Positions 10,994 to 23,952 of a DNA stretch of 64,000 bases are shown here, one piece after another (within the stretch, counting starts at the first letter, position 1; each line of letters starts with the position of its first letter). The stretch is from Minutocellus sp. GHC0000111 (Eukaryota): the NCBI GenBank assembly GCA_977018835.1, contig OZ361260.1, forward strand, positions 1,240,001 to 1,304,000, read 5' to 3'. The translations under genes were made by a program, and so were the position numbers. The notes beneath the pieces are model-generated. The model saw only the letters and a program-made list of their open reading frames with translations, did no database searches and was not told the DNA's origin.

Positions 10994-11480
10994 GTAAAGA
11001 ATGAGAATCTGGAGGGATATGATGCTCGTTGTGTTCTGAAAAAGTCAGACTCAGGCAGTGCAGTGTGAGGCGAGGAAAAGTGTGTTGAACAGCCAAAAAA
11101 AAAGAATAGTCTTTACATGTAGGATCTTCCTATCTGCATGTCATCATCAAAGCTGTCAGATCTAAAGTACGTAGCTCTTACTAGTCTGCGCAGCTCCTAG
11201 TGGATGAATGTGAGAGCAAAAGAGGAGGAGGCGGCCTTGCTGCCTTTGCTCGAAGGCCGATCGGCCGATCGATGGCACGGCACCCGGCATCGGGCGCATC
11301 GGCATGGCATGGCATCGGCACGGCATGTTTTGGAAAGGACCCGGAAATCTCCAGATTCACACTGGCCGGAGATTCACTCGTTGGATTCATTATTTTGCAG
11401 TTGCTCGTACTAGTAGTATTACTCGACTTGCTTCACCGATTCCTCTGACTTCCCTTGATACCCACGCGATAATACATACC

Positions 11481-12881
11481 ATGTCACTGATATATTCCAA
11501 AACCGGCGCGGCGCATCGCTCGTCTCTTGCTTTAACAACGACAGCTACACTTACAACGATGACAGCTGGTCTTGTGCTTGCTCTCTACAACAGGGGCTAC
11601 CATCGGCGCCTGCTTCGGTTTCTGCGTACAATTCCTCCCAAGGTTTACGACATGGTTATACTGAATATGACAGAGGTGTGGTATCGCACGGTGCTGTCAA
11701 GGCTTGACGACGGCAGCGCAGTGCTGGATGTTGGCATTGGTACCGGTGGCGCTCTTTGTCGATGTGCCGATCTCGTCCGTGCCAAGAACCTAAGAATTTT
11801 CGGGCTGGACTACGATGCGGCATATGTCGACGCCGCCAAACGAAATATCGTCGATTCAGGACTGAAAGATCAAGTCCGTGTTGTTTGCATGAGCGTCTAC
11901 GACGAAGACAAGCTGTTCCAGCTCGGTGACATGTTGGGCCACATGAATGGGGCCGGTGGCGAAGAAATAGACCTTCTCAATGGTGCGCCCTCCATCCCAA
12001 GTGTGGATGATCCTGAGGCTTGCGATGGTGCAATGGTGGATAGAACGGTGGACTCTCGTGTCGGCCATCACCATCCCCATCTGCAAATGAGAGATGACCA
12101 TGGTCGGGATGATGCTGTCATTAATAGGACGAACAGTGAAGCCCTTTCGGAGGCGAATTCCGAGGCCGAACGCGAGCACCTTCTCCACGATCTGCTGGAG
12201 CACAAGGCTAATACTGGTGCAGCGCCTCCTACCCCAAATTCCCCAGATTTCAAGAGGATGAATACTCCCATGGTTGTTATGGGGGAAGGAGACATTGATG
12301 CCGACGCCGACAAGGACCTACACACGCCAAAGGCACCAGCGGGTATGCATGATGCCGAGCATCCGCAGACGGCACATGATTACAGTCCACCCCCAACCCC
12401 TGGTCGAGACCACAATATTCACTGGGAGGATGAGCCACCCATGCCGTGGCATTTGGACGCATCGGGTGGTGATTCTGACGAAAAGATTGCAACCATGACA
12501 GAGGCCGCTGCGTTGACCAAACCCCGAAAAGTGTTTGGAGCTATTTACTTCAGCGGTTCGTTTAGCCTCCTCCCAGACCCTCCCGCTGCATTGAGAATGA
12601 CGTCCAAGGTATTGGCAGACAGTGGAAAGATTTACATCACGCAGACATTTCAACGCAAAACGTTACCGTTCCTCAACGTGATCAAGCCTTGGATTTACTA
12701 CATCACGAGCATTGACTTTGGGCAACTCATCACTACCTCGGAAATATTGGATCTTTACAAAGAAGTCGATGATGAGTTGGAAGTCGAAACTCATGCTATA
12801 ATCGAGGGAAGCATCGACACCGTGTTGCAGGGTGCGTACATGAGTGTCCTGCGACGCAAAGTGGAAGAGGATGCCATCTAA
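11481..12881 (+). CDS. Class I SAM-dependent methyltransferase with N-terminal TM and large internal disordered insertion
   Basis: VLDVGIGTG motif I, GLDYD, then IYFSGSFSLLPDP...LADSGKIYITQT after a ~200-aa insert. Confidence 0.8.
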   Translation: MSLIYSKTGAAHRSSLALTTTATLTTMTAGLVLALYNRGYHRRLLRFLRTIPPKVYDMVILNMTEVWYRTVLSRLDDGSAVLDVGIGTGGALCRCADLVRAKNLRIFGLDYDAAYVDAAKRNIVDSGLKDQVRVVCMSVYDEDKLFQLGDMLGHMNGAGGEEIDLLNGAPSIPSVDDPEACDGAMVDRTVDSRVGHHHPHLQMRDDHGRDDAVINRTNSEALSEANSEAEREHLLHDLLEHKANTGAAPPTPNSPDFKRMNTPMVVMGEGDIDADADKDLHTPKAPAGMHDAEHPQTAHDYSPPPTPGRDHNIHWEDEPPMPWHLDASGGDSDEKIATMTEAAALTKPRKVFGAIYFSGSFSLLPDPPAALRMTSKVLADSGKIYITQTFQRKTLPFLNVIKPWIYYITSIDFGQLITTSEILDLYKEVDDELEVETHAIIEGSIDTVLQGAYMSVLRRKVEEDAI

Positions 12882-13410
12882 CAAGAATGAAATGAGAATG
12901 TGTGGATCTAGATCGAGATCTAGTTTACCGGTCTGGTAGGTAGCGGTAAATTCTAGATCTACCGACCGGTGCATGGGTGGTTGAATCTCTATCGATTGGT
13001 GGTGTGGTCTGTGCAGCAGTCTGGTGTGCATGCACACACCGGTATGAAGACATGTACGGTGCCAATCCTAATGAAAGAAAGCATTTTTTACAAGAGTGTC
13101 AAACCGAGGTGAATGACTTGTACATGAATTTGCTTTCAGTATTCGTATCCCCTAATCCTGGAGACCCGACAGGACACTTGGTACATCCATGATGCACAAA
13201 AATAATGTCCTGAATCTAGGAGGGCAAAAGGGCGAAATTAGTTGTGATCGACTCAGCTCGATGCAATGCTGTACAGTAGCAATCGTAACAATAAAAAAAT
13301 TGCCATGCAATCAGATCATTTACCTCTTGGCGCCATTGATAAACGGAAGACATTCATGTAAGTCTATGCTATCTACTATCTATTGAGTTAAGGTAAACAA
13401 ATAAATAAAA

Positions 13411-16400
13411 CTACATTTCGTGCATCTTCTCGTCTTCGTCATCTTCCTCCCTTGGTTTCTCCAGATGCTGCGCGTGGCCATGTTCTGCTGTATGCTCTGC
13501 CGTACGCTCTGCCGTATGTCCTGCTGTGTGCTCTGCGGTATGCTCACTATCGCTGAAGTATCTTGTCGTCATCCAGCTACTACTAGCACCAGTGGTATTG
13601 GTTCCAACTTTTTGTGTTCCGATGGCATCGGCGGCTCCCGCGCCACCCCCTCCCCCGCTATTATCCCCAATGCTGTGATTGAGTGGAGTGAGGGCACCAA
13701 GAGACATGGGCGTATGACTGCCGGTACCAGAAAGGACGGAGTGAGGTGGACTTGGATCGAAACTGCCTACGCCGTCCTGGACATCATTGAAGCGAGGGCT
13801 CATAAGGCGCCCCGAATGTGAAGTACTGGTAGGTCCTCGATTTGCATGTCTAGCAGTACCCATGCCTGCCCTAACATCCATCGAAATCTCTCGATCAGTG
13901 CGGATGGTTATCCCTGCAAACGGATCAAAGGAAAAGCCTTTCGCAGGGCCGACGCCTCGGCTCCCACTACGCGACCGTGACGATCTGGAGCCACTCCTTA
14001 TCGTCGAACGATTGCCAAACGCTGGTGAGCGCGTTGCATTCGGTGTTCTATGCTGAAACGCTTTGTCGAATTGCCCGCGACTTAGTTGGATGAGCTGGAG
14101 CAAAGGGTTCACTCCAATCTCATTCAAATATTCTTGCGCATTGGGCACCGCGTACATGTCCTCGTCTCCCCATGATTCTCGAACTCGCTGTTCTTCTTGC
14201 TTCGGTGGGATTCTGCGAATGAGGAATGTACAGCGGGTGTCCCCGCGCAATGGCATTTGATTGGCTTCGCCTCCGCGCGAATCGAACATTCGAGCAACGT
14301 AGTAAAGACCGTCGTAGCGACAGGAATGAAACCCCTCCGGTGTTAGCGGCGGTGCATACTGATTGTCCTTCTGCATCGATGATCGGAACACTCTGATAGG
14401 GTTCTTCTTGTGGAGGCTCGTCGTGAGTGCACAGCCCCCATTGTTGGGACCTGCCTCGCACTTCAACCATGCCAAACAATCGTCCTCGCTATGACTTGGC
14501 CTGGGCTTCGTTAAAATAATTGAATCGCAGCCTTGGTGAGCATCTCCGTTGATCCAATGAATATCGCTCTGATGTGCTCCTGCCATGAAAAGAGATCGAC
14601 GCGAATAGCAATGGCCTTCGGACACCCCATTGATGTGACCAATTCGGATTCTTGCCCTAGGCTCTCGCAATGCGCGCCTTTCCGGTACCTGATTAGTGTC
14701 TCGTCGAGACAGGGCCTGTCGATACTTCGATTCGCATGCTTGTTGGCCGTGATAATCTTGCATAGAGCAGAGACAAGAACGTGGAAGATGGGACGCCGTT
14801 TCGCCGTCATCAAAGCGGACAGAGAAGAGCTTTTCTTCCGTGTGCGGAGAAACAATGATGCTTTGGACAGTAGCTGGATACCACCCCCCATCTTTATTGA
14901 ATCTCGCGTAGACCTTGTCACCGGTGCGAAAGGATTCCACGCCTGAGCGTAGATCTCCTTGCCTAGCATGACCAATCCTGGACGAGCTTGATCCGTGTTG
15001 TAGGGGTTTATGCTGCTGAGATTGATGCTGCTGCTCCGATGAGCCACCTTCAAGTCCCCCTTTGTTGTTGGCTTCAACATCGGCACTTCCAATAGAATTG
15101 AGGGTACGGGATCGCTCATCGAAGCTTCCTCTCGACACTAACTCGTTGTAGAGAAAGTTATCAATCTGGGAATAAATGTTGTGGTCCGCTTCCCTCTGTG
15201 CTAGGGCGACGGCCTCGTCAAAGCTAGCGCTGCCCAATCCACTACGTGCAGCAGCCCCTTTCGGAGAGGGCCGAAGCAGAGATGCAGGTGGCGGTGGAAG
15301 GCGCGGCAGTGACTTCTTTTTCTTGGTGGATTTTTGGGGGCGGGGACGGATCTTCTTTTTCTTCTTTCGCACTGGTGATGGTGGGAGTTCACCTAATGTT
15401 ATATTGGGTGAGAGAAAGAGGTAACGAGTGAGTAAGAGAGTGAGTAACGCTGGTATATATATGCTCGCAATTCAGGCAAGAACACCATGCCAAGCGCTAA
15501 CCCTCCAGATATGCGTACGGAGTGTATGCCCTAACAGCAGCAACTTACTGGGAAGCTCTCCCTCCGAGTCACTGCCATACCCAATTGTCCAGTTTTCAGG
15601 ACTCTTTCGCAACATTTCGTCAAATGCCGCATCGTTCGCTTTCTGCGATGCCAGCTTGAGTTCTTCGGGGATCTCAACCTTCTCCTCTTCCTCTTCTTCT
15701 TCCTCCTCTTCCTCCTCATCGCCTTCCTCTTGCTCAGTGCTAACATCTGCGTCCACGCCATCTTGCGTAACTTCGGCATTGTCATGATAAGTCCGCTGGT
15801 CGGCAATGAGTGGTACGTTGAGTCCCAAAAGTGGACCACTATCATTGGCAGCGCGATGTGGGTTTGGCGTTTCGATTGCTGCAAGGATTGCTCCGGGAGT
15901 TTCGGGCTGTAGACCATGATCAAAGGATGACGCCCCCCACCGATGATTGGGCGTGGCAGGAGTCTTAATGATTGGAGATAGGGCAGAATGATAATGTCTC
16001 CGCGGCGATGCCACTGCTCTTGATGGTGAAAGTGCCGCATCAGAATGGCCATGGCCAATACCGCCAATGTTGCCCCTCCGTGGGCTGAAATATTGCCTCT
16101 GTGAGGGGAAAGGTTCATCTTCAAAATATTCTTGGGTCTCAAAGGAGAAGGAGACGTGGGAGCCGTCCCTAGTATGAGTCCTCCGGGGCCGTTGCAGCGT
16201 TGACTGCTCACCCCGCTTATTGGTCAAGGAAGAACTCTCCTGCCCACCGTCAAGAATGTCTTCATTGGGATCGGCATAGAATCCTCGCCCTGGGCCAACG
16301 TCCCCTCTTTGATCATTGTCCATAACAGCCGCCGCGCCTTCATCGAGCACTTCTTCCTCTCCCGATGACGAATCGTCGTCAACCCGACGTTTCGGTACCG

Positions 16401-19400
16401 ATGGATATTTCTTTTTCTCTTTGGCACCACCTGCCGACACACGACCCTTCCTCCGCTGGGACTCTCCTTCATCACCTTCGACGCTCAATTCTTCGCTCAG
16501 ACAGCGTTTCGAGAGAGGGTTGGGCCTATCAGAAGTACCCAATGATCCGTTTGGTCGGCCTCGCTTTATCGATTGACCTCGTGGAGAATCGAGGCGGTGG
16601 TTGATGGCATCTTCTGCCGCCCTCTCGGCATTCCGGATGTCAGATTCACTGGCTTCTCTCTTGTCATGAGTGGACACTCCCATCGCGGGTTGTAGCGGCA
16701 TTTCCCCTTTCTCCTCACTGGTGTCGTGGGTGCTAAATGTCGGAGAGCTGCCAGAACGTTTTGGCGTCTCATCCCCATCGAAAGTAACTGAAGCATCTAC
16801 CTTGCTCTCCTCCTCTTCCTCCTCCTCTTCTTCGTCTTCATCGCCGTCGTCGAAGGCAAGAAGATCATCCAACTGCGACAATGATTGTTTGAGATCAGTA
16901 TCCAAACCGGGAGCAGCGTTGCTCTTGCCTTCATTCTTCTCTGCCCCGCCGGTACCAACGGTATCTTCCTTTTGACTATCCTCCTCGCGTGTGCATTTGC
17001 TAGCGCCAGAATCCCCCTCTCCACCCTGAGAAGTCGGGATCGCTGACTCAGGACCCATAGGGTGAATGGTAGGTCTTTGGTTCATCGGAGAAGAAACATC
17101 ATCGCTCAGTTTCACCTCCCCGATGGCTCTGTCTTGACCCGATGTCGGGGCCTCAATAGGCGGTGTCTCCCTCTCGAAGAAGTCGGGGTCCGCTGGAAGA
17201 TTGGTGACTTTGGCAATAGCTTCATCGTCATCTTGAGCCTGATCGACGCTGGTTTGTGCTGTACTAGTAGACATCCGAAGCTTTTCTACTTCTTCTTTCT
17301 GACCACCTCCATCTTTATTGCTTCCTCGTGGAATGCTATCAGTATCAACATTCGATACTAGTCGCGAAGAATCCTTGTCGACATTTGCTGCTGATTTCCT
17401 GCCCGGCGACGCGGCAGCAGAAGCAACTTTACCTGCCATTTGGGCGGTGGATTCTTCCTGTGTCGATTCAACGTCGCTCTTTCGCCTTGCCTCTTCCTCA
17501 CCATCGACCTTGTCCTCTGCAGCAAGCGACGCTGTCGAAGTTGGACCTTTCCGCCACTTTGGATTTTCCTCGCCATTCATCCTTCGAAGAATACCAGTAG
17601 TCGCTTGCTCTGATTCATTCTCATGCGGACTGCTTGGGAGACCACTGGCACCATCAAAGCTATCAACTGCAGGCGATTCGGAAGTACTAGTACCTATGGA
17701 TCTGCCCTTCAATTCTTGATTGTCCCTTGAAGGTTGCCTTGCTGAAGGTAATATCTGTTCCATTTGTTGTCCAGCAGCTTCATTCTGCTCCCCAACACTG
17801 TCCTTTCTGGACTTTGATGCGCCAAGAGCCTTGTCGGCCGTAGTAGTATCGATGCCAATCGTCGAAGCACCTTCTGATGACAATTCTTGCGATAAAGGCT
17901 CCCCTCCGGTAGACAATACTGTGAGCTCAGGCGGAGGAACCACTTTGGGCAGAGAATCAGAGCTGGTCCGCGCTTTGCCATTATCATCTCCGGCTTCAGT
18001 CTCGGAAGAATCGGCTTTCTTCTCGGTATCACAGGCCGATTCCGCAGATTCTCTTGTCGGAGATAGTGTACCGTCGGCCCCAAAACTGGCTTGACATTGT
18101 GCCTCAGTGGATGCGTCAGGTGCCCCCTTTGTCTTGGTGTTGGTATCAGCTTGGGGGGTGTCAGCTGACTCAGCAACAGGTTTCTTCTTTTCCTCCTCGG
18201 TCATAGCCGTGGTTGCAGTAGATTCCGCGTTTACTTGCCCTACCTGAGTATTCGAACGTGCTGATGCAGACTTGGAACTACTTTCAAGTGATGCAGTAGG
18301 GGGATTTGAAGGACTAGCCAGACACTCTTCTGCTGTAGACCCGACACCATCACCAAGCGCTCCAGTGCCGGTAGGAGACTCGGCAGCAAGAATGCTTTCA
18401 TTTCTGTCCTTTTCGTCACCGCCAGTCTTACTATCGATCTGTCCTTCGGGTGAAGCACCAGGACAGGTTGTAGCCTGTAGCTTCTTCGTGGTCGACTCAT
18501 CTTCCGCTGGCAGCTTAGAGTGATAATCTTTGCTCTCGACGGCACCCTTGACTTCATTCTGTACTAGATTTGCTGCGGTTGCATCGGCGGCATCATTGGC
18601 GGCGGTATCAGGATGTTCCCTGGACGGTCTGTCTCTTGCACTAGATTTTGCACTCGTTCGCATCGACATTCCCTCCTTGTCGTTATCATCAATCTGTTCA
18701 GATTGGCTGGGGGGTCCGGGCTCTGTTGCGCTTTCGGCAGCATTTGCATCGACGCAATCTTGAAGGCCACTCTCTTCTTCACCATCCGAGCCAGAAGCCA
18801 CATCTTTCTCTGTGATCCTGGTAGAATCTGTTTCCTCCTTCTTCTCCTCGATGATATCATTGTTATCCCCTGAATCATAAGAAGCAGTACCATTGCCAGC
18901 ATCCACATCATTGGCTGATAATTGCAATTGCCCAGAATCGTTGCCGCTCTCACCTTTCACATCCTCGTCCGAATCTGTCTCTCCAGATTCGCTGAAGTAT
19001 CGCACCGACATCCACTTTACATCACGCTGTCGCGGCTCCGCCACAGAAGATGCCCCCCCGACAGCGACGGTTGAATTCTCTTCACCACCACGGTCTCCTT
19101 GGACGCTGGTACTAGTCTCGTCGCCGCAACTACTAGCAGCACCATCACCACCATTTGATCCGTCACGCCGAAACCGCGGTTGCTTACCCAAACTAGGAGG
19201 AACTTTTCGACCTCGTTGCTGCGTCTTGATAGAATCATCCTTTGACGCGGCGGCTGCGCTCTTGACACCTCCGACGTCCATGTCGATCACCATGTTCGTC
19301 AAAGTTTCCTTGATGAAGGCCTTTTTGGAGGACAAATCAATACCCCCCAGGAATTCGGACAACTTTGATATAAATTGTCGAGAAGTAATCGTGTTGAGGT

Positions 19401-22197
19401 CGACTACAAACATGAGCTCTTTCATTGAACGTCGAAGACTATCATCGCTGGGGATGACGCTGGCATGGGAATGCAATTTCGTTTGCTCCTCCCCATCGCC
19501 GCCGCCGCCGCCACCACCATCATAATCGCTAGCATCGCTCCCACTGTCGCGATTTGATTCGCTCGGAAGACTCTTCTTTCCTATCGTTGCCCCCTTGACC
19601 CCCCCACTCCGTCGGGTCCGGGACACTTCTATCTCGGAGTCACTCTTCCTGCTATTGCCACTCTCGTTTCCACCATCACTACTTGAGTCGGAATCTTCAT
19701 CGCTGGAATGGTGATGCCTAATCAGAGCCTCCGCACAAGCCTCATCTACTGGACTGTCATCGGTGTAGGGCTTGGTCTGTTTTCGCTTTCGAGGCATGGA
19801 TGCTCGCATTGCCATGAGCTTACCGTCTTGAATGATGGCATGGGGAGTAATTTTGTTCGCGGATACCATTCTCCTCCTTTCCGGCTTCCTCGGCTTACTT
19901 CTTGTCTTCTTCTTTTTTTTCTCCGTCTCCTTATCACAACCTTCTCCTTTGGAACCCAACAGTCGGGCATCATCTTTCTTGTTGCTGTCATCATCAGAAC
20001 CAGCGGCAACAGTATCCTCGATGTCTGCTTCCATCTCTATCTTCACGTTGCATGTGTTGAGATGCGACGACAGACCACTTGTCTTTTTGAATGCTTTGGT
20101 GCAGAACGGGCATACAATATCATCATTGGCACCATTCCCACCGCCATCGGAATCCTCCTCCCCATGGTCAGATGTTATAGGCATTTTCCGTTTATCTTTT
20201 GACCTCTTCTTTTCCTTCAGGATACGGAATTGCTCTTTCCCCAAGTCCAGTGTCTCGCATTCTCCATCATCGTACATGACTCTGAATATTCGGTTGGATT
20301 CAGGATCACGCCCTGTCACTTTGCCAGGGTAGTACTCGTTGTCGGCAGGCCAAAGGATGCTTATTCGACATCCAACAACGACCTTCGACAATTGATGCAT
20401 CTTGGCAATGGAAAGCGGGGCTGGTCGACGACGGCCGCCACCGCCATTGCCGCTACCATCACTAGCACCACCGTCGTCGCTATTTTCGTGAGCTCTGACC
20501 AATGAATTCCAGCACGCAGGGTCCTCTGGCGTGGTGTCGCTATATGCCGCCGTCTTCTTCCGCTTGCGCGGTCCCTCCACAATCACAACCGCATGATCCT
20601 CCTCCCGAAGCTCCTTCGGCAGCAGGTCTTGAGACATGATGCGCTCCTCCGCACGGGCATTGCTGCGACTGTCACTACCACCACCAACCGAATCATCTTC
20701 TTCCTCTTTGACATGGTCCGATTCATGATGAGTATCATTGGTACCAGTATCAGCAACACCTTTGGAGACATTACCCTCTTCACTATCTTCGCCGAAATTT
20801 GAAGACGATGGTACAGGTCCTTCTGCGGCGTCGACGTCGACGTTGTCATCATTTGCCATCATACCAATACTGGAACTGGCAGCAACACCATCATCATTGT
20901 CATCGTCGTCACCGCCACCCTCGCCCCAACCCCATCCCACCGATTTGAGCTTTTTCTTCGCTCTCGTGCTGAGCAATGCCGGCCGCTTGATCCCCTCCTC
21001 GCGATGGAAGCTCTCGTACGCCTCCCAATAGGCCTGCATCTCCTCGTCCAGCGCTGCCACAATCCGCCTGCCGGATGCAGTGCCATAGTCCATGGGCGGG
21101 TTGGCGATGTTAAGGAGGGATTTGACACCGCTCTCTTCTGATGGTTGGTGCACATGATGAGGCGCAACGACGGCACAGCACCCCACAATGATGGTCAATT
21201 CACCGCCACTGCCGGCAGCGGCAAGTCGCCTGGCCCGTTCCTTTTGATACAGCACCGCCCCGGCATAGATCTCGGTAGGCTCCAGATCGGAAACATCCCC
21301 ATCGTCGAACTGAACACGGTACAGCCCCACGTCGAGCGGTCCCTTGTCGTCGCGGTAGACCATATCCTTGTCCGTCCTAGTTCCGTCGGCGGCAATGCGC
21401 TTGGCCACCAGCACTTTGGCAGGCCTGCCTCTACCTCTGCTTTCGCCAGCAGCAGCAGCAGCAGAAGCAGCAGCACCACCACTATCAGCATCGGTATCAG
21501 CAGGTCGGTGGTACTTAACGACCGTCCCGAGGAACAGAGCCTCGCAGTCCTCCTCGACGTACATATTGCGCTTCACCCTCCGCACGTGTGGGAATGGCTT
21601 GAGGATGCGATGTCCCAGGAGGACACCGCCATCACTGCCTTCGTTTCGGCTACCGGCGGCAGCATTTTTAGTCTTTGCAGCGGCTTTCCTCTTGCCAGTG
21701 ACGCCCTTCTTTGCTGGATGCGCATTGCCCCGATCGGTGCCAGGACGGCTACCAGGACTGCTCTGCTTCTTTGCTCGTTTCCCAGCGGCTTTTCCCGATT
21801 GTTTTGAATTGGCTGCCTTGTTGTTATTCCCTCCGTCTTTGCTATTTCGAGAGGTGCCGTGGGGTGATGTGATCCGACTTCGCTTCCGGGAGGGCCCAGA
21901 GGCCGAGGTGCGAGTACTAGCAGCAGGACCCCCGGGAGCTTTCAGTTTCTCGTGCTCGGCTTTCGCAGTTGGTTCGTCGTTGTTTGTGTTTGGGGTGGTT
22001 GGTTCTGGCCGTTTCTTCCTGCGTGGTATCTTGAATTCCGACGCAGCGGCGTCATTGGTAGAGGCTGCTGCTGACGACGAAGAAGCAGCTGCTGCTTGGT
22101 CGCCGCCGCTGGCACCACCGGCACCGACCTTCTTGCTCTCCTTCACCTCGGCCATGGTGGTTGAAAAATGCTTTCGGCCGGTCGGCCGGGGCGACAT
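13411..22197 (-). CDS. Giant (~2880 aa) chromatin-reader protein: Tudor-like x3, C2H2 finger, DEK-C, SRA/YDG; intron 15393-15518
   Basis: Tudor-like YRVQFDDGD, ILWPADNEYYPG..YDDGE and VYARFNKDGGWYPA..FDDGE; CPFC..HLNTC; DEK-C PSDDSLRRSMKEL..DLSSKKAFIKE; SRA IGHINGV...NPIRVFRSS...RYDGLYYV. A GT..TAG intron joins the two ORFs in frame. Confidence 0.8.
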
Positions 22198-22469
22198 CGA
22201 CAGTCAAGCAATCAATTGAATGGAGCTTTCATCCGGGTGTTTCTGTGTGCTGGCCGGCAGGCTCGGCTCGCAGGCTGTGAAAGCGGCGGCATGGCGGGCA
22301 GGCCCTGTTCAAAAAAGAGGCGCCGTTCAGCATCAATCTACCGGTAGCTAGCTAGATCTACCGGTACATGCATAGCTACATGCGCGGTGCATATAGCGAT
22401 TCAGGCACATTCGTATTCAGTCTCTATCTACATATGTAGAGTCTAGATCTAGATCTACATGTAGGTCTA

Positions 22470-23952
22470 GAGTGATTTCACGAGAGAGCCAACACCCCAT
22501 CCGCGATGTTTCGTAAACATTGTACCAAACTAACTCGACTGCAGATTACTACTTAGATAGGTGTTGTAGACCAAAATCAATGGTCAAGTTAGTTTGGTAC
22601 AATGATCTCGGGGTCCTTTTAGCACATCTTATAGATACGGTAATAGAGTGTTTGTATTGGTATTATATTTGTACAAAACTTTTATTTTTGTGGATAAATG
22701 TAGTTGTGCTGCTTGAGAGAAAGAAAATTTTGCATCGAACTTCATCATAAAACAAAACCCATTTGGCCCAACAAATGGTGCCACAAGATGTGTTGCCGAT
22801 GTGCCTCCCATTGAGAACAATCAAGACTACGAGGCACCATACCCTCATGATTGTCTTTTCAGACGCTGTGATGCAGCAGGGTGCTTGCAGTTGCCTTTTT
22901 GAGGCTTTAAAAATTCGTTCGCGTCAGACCCGATTTTTTCGACAGTTTCCGACGTTCCACCACGACCATGTTCGCCCGATGTTCCGCACTTCCCCGGCCA
23001 TTGTACACACTCTGACCACCTAGATGCCTCCCCGAATACCACTGGAAGGGGTTGTTGGGCGATAGCGGTGCGTCTGTGCGTGCTTGTGCCGCGCATTATG
23101 GCCCAGCATCAGCACCACCCCCGTGTCACCACCCTCCCAAAGTTGGTTCTGATCCTGTTTCGTCTTGCATGTGTCCCTTCCGTCGCACTGAGCCGTCGCC
23201 GCTGCGCCCATATATATACCCCACGTGTATTTGAGGGGGGAGTGGCAGTATCTTATCACAATTGGTCGAGATAACCGTGCCCAACGTCCTGTTTCTAGTG
23301 TTGGCACCAGATTGCACCTTCATTGCTTATGCCATCCGAGAGGAAAGAAACCGGATAAAGCGGCCAAACCAATGCGTGGGATCGATGGATGTAATATAAA
23401 GTGAGCATCGTGCGTGCTGATGTTGCGTGAAGGATCAATGCTTGAGGCTGGAGGAGGGGTGTAGTTGGGGATTCGCTGCTTTCGGAAGCTTTTGCTTTTC
23501 GTGATGATGGCCACGAAGACACAAAGATGGGGTCCAATATCGACCTTTTGGCGCAAATTCTCCCCCTTTATAACCCAAGTGGAAGTAATGCTGGTCAGGG
23601 GGGATTGAAATGGCGGTAGACAAGCATCAGCTATCGTTCTTTGCCCTCAAAAATATCATGGGTGTGAGGAGATATTGCTAAAATAGCACATGTTGTACAA
23701 ATGAGCGTGCTTTCGAGCATTCAATACTCGCTCAATACATGTAGTTGGTGTATGCATAGGTCGGCTTGGGGCAATTCATGGTTATGCCATCATTAGATGG
23801 CCTTCTGTTGAGATGAATTCTCCTTTGCTTTCGTCGCGTTGAGTGAGGCCATTTAGTGGGTTCATTTTTTTCAGTGAATGAAATATCGCACAAAAAAATT
23901 CTAGTGCCTTACTATTTAAGTCGATTTTGTCGGCGGTCTCGTGAAAACGCTC
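22470..23952. mobile_element. Non-autonomous DNA transposon (Sola2-like), 1483 bp
   Basis: Imperfect 25-bp TIRs (20/25) with GAG...CTC termini; 4-bp TCTA direct repeat at 22466-22469 and 23953-23956; no credible internal ORF. Confidence 0.6.

Noticed and set aside
13470..13545. 12-bp coding repeats (EHTA)n, and (SMRS)n at ~46070-46115
   Set aside because: Ordinary slippage in disordered regions.
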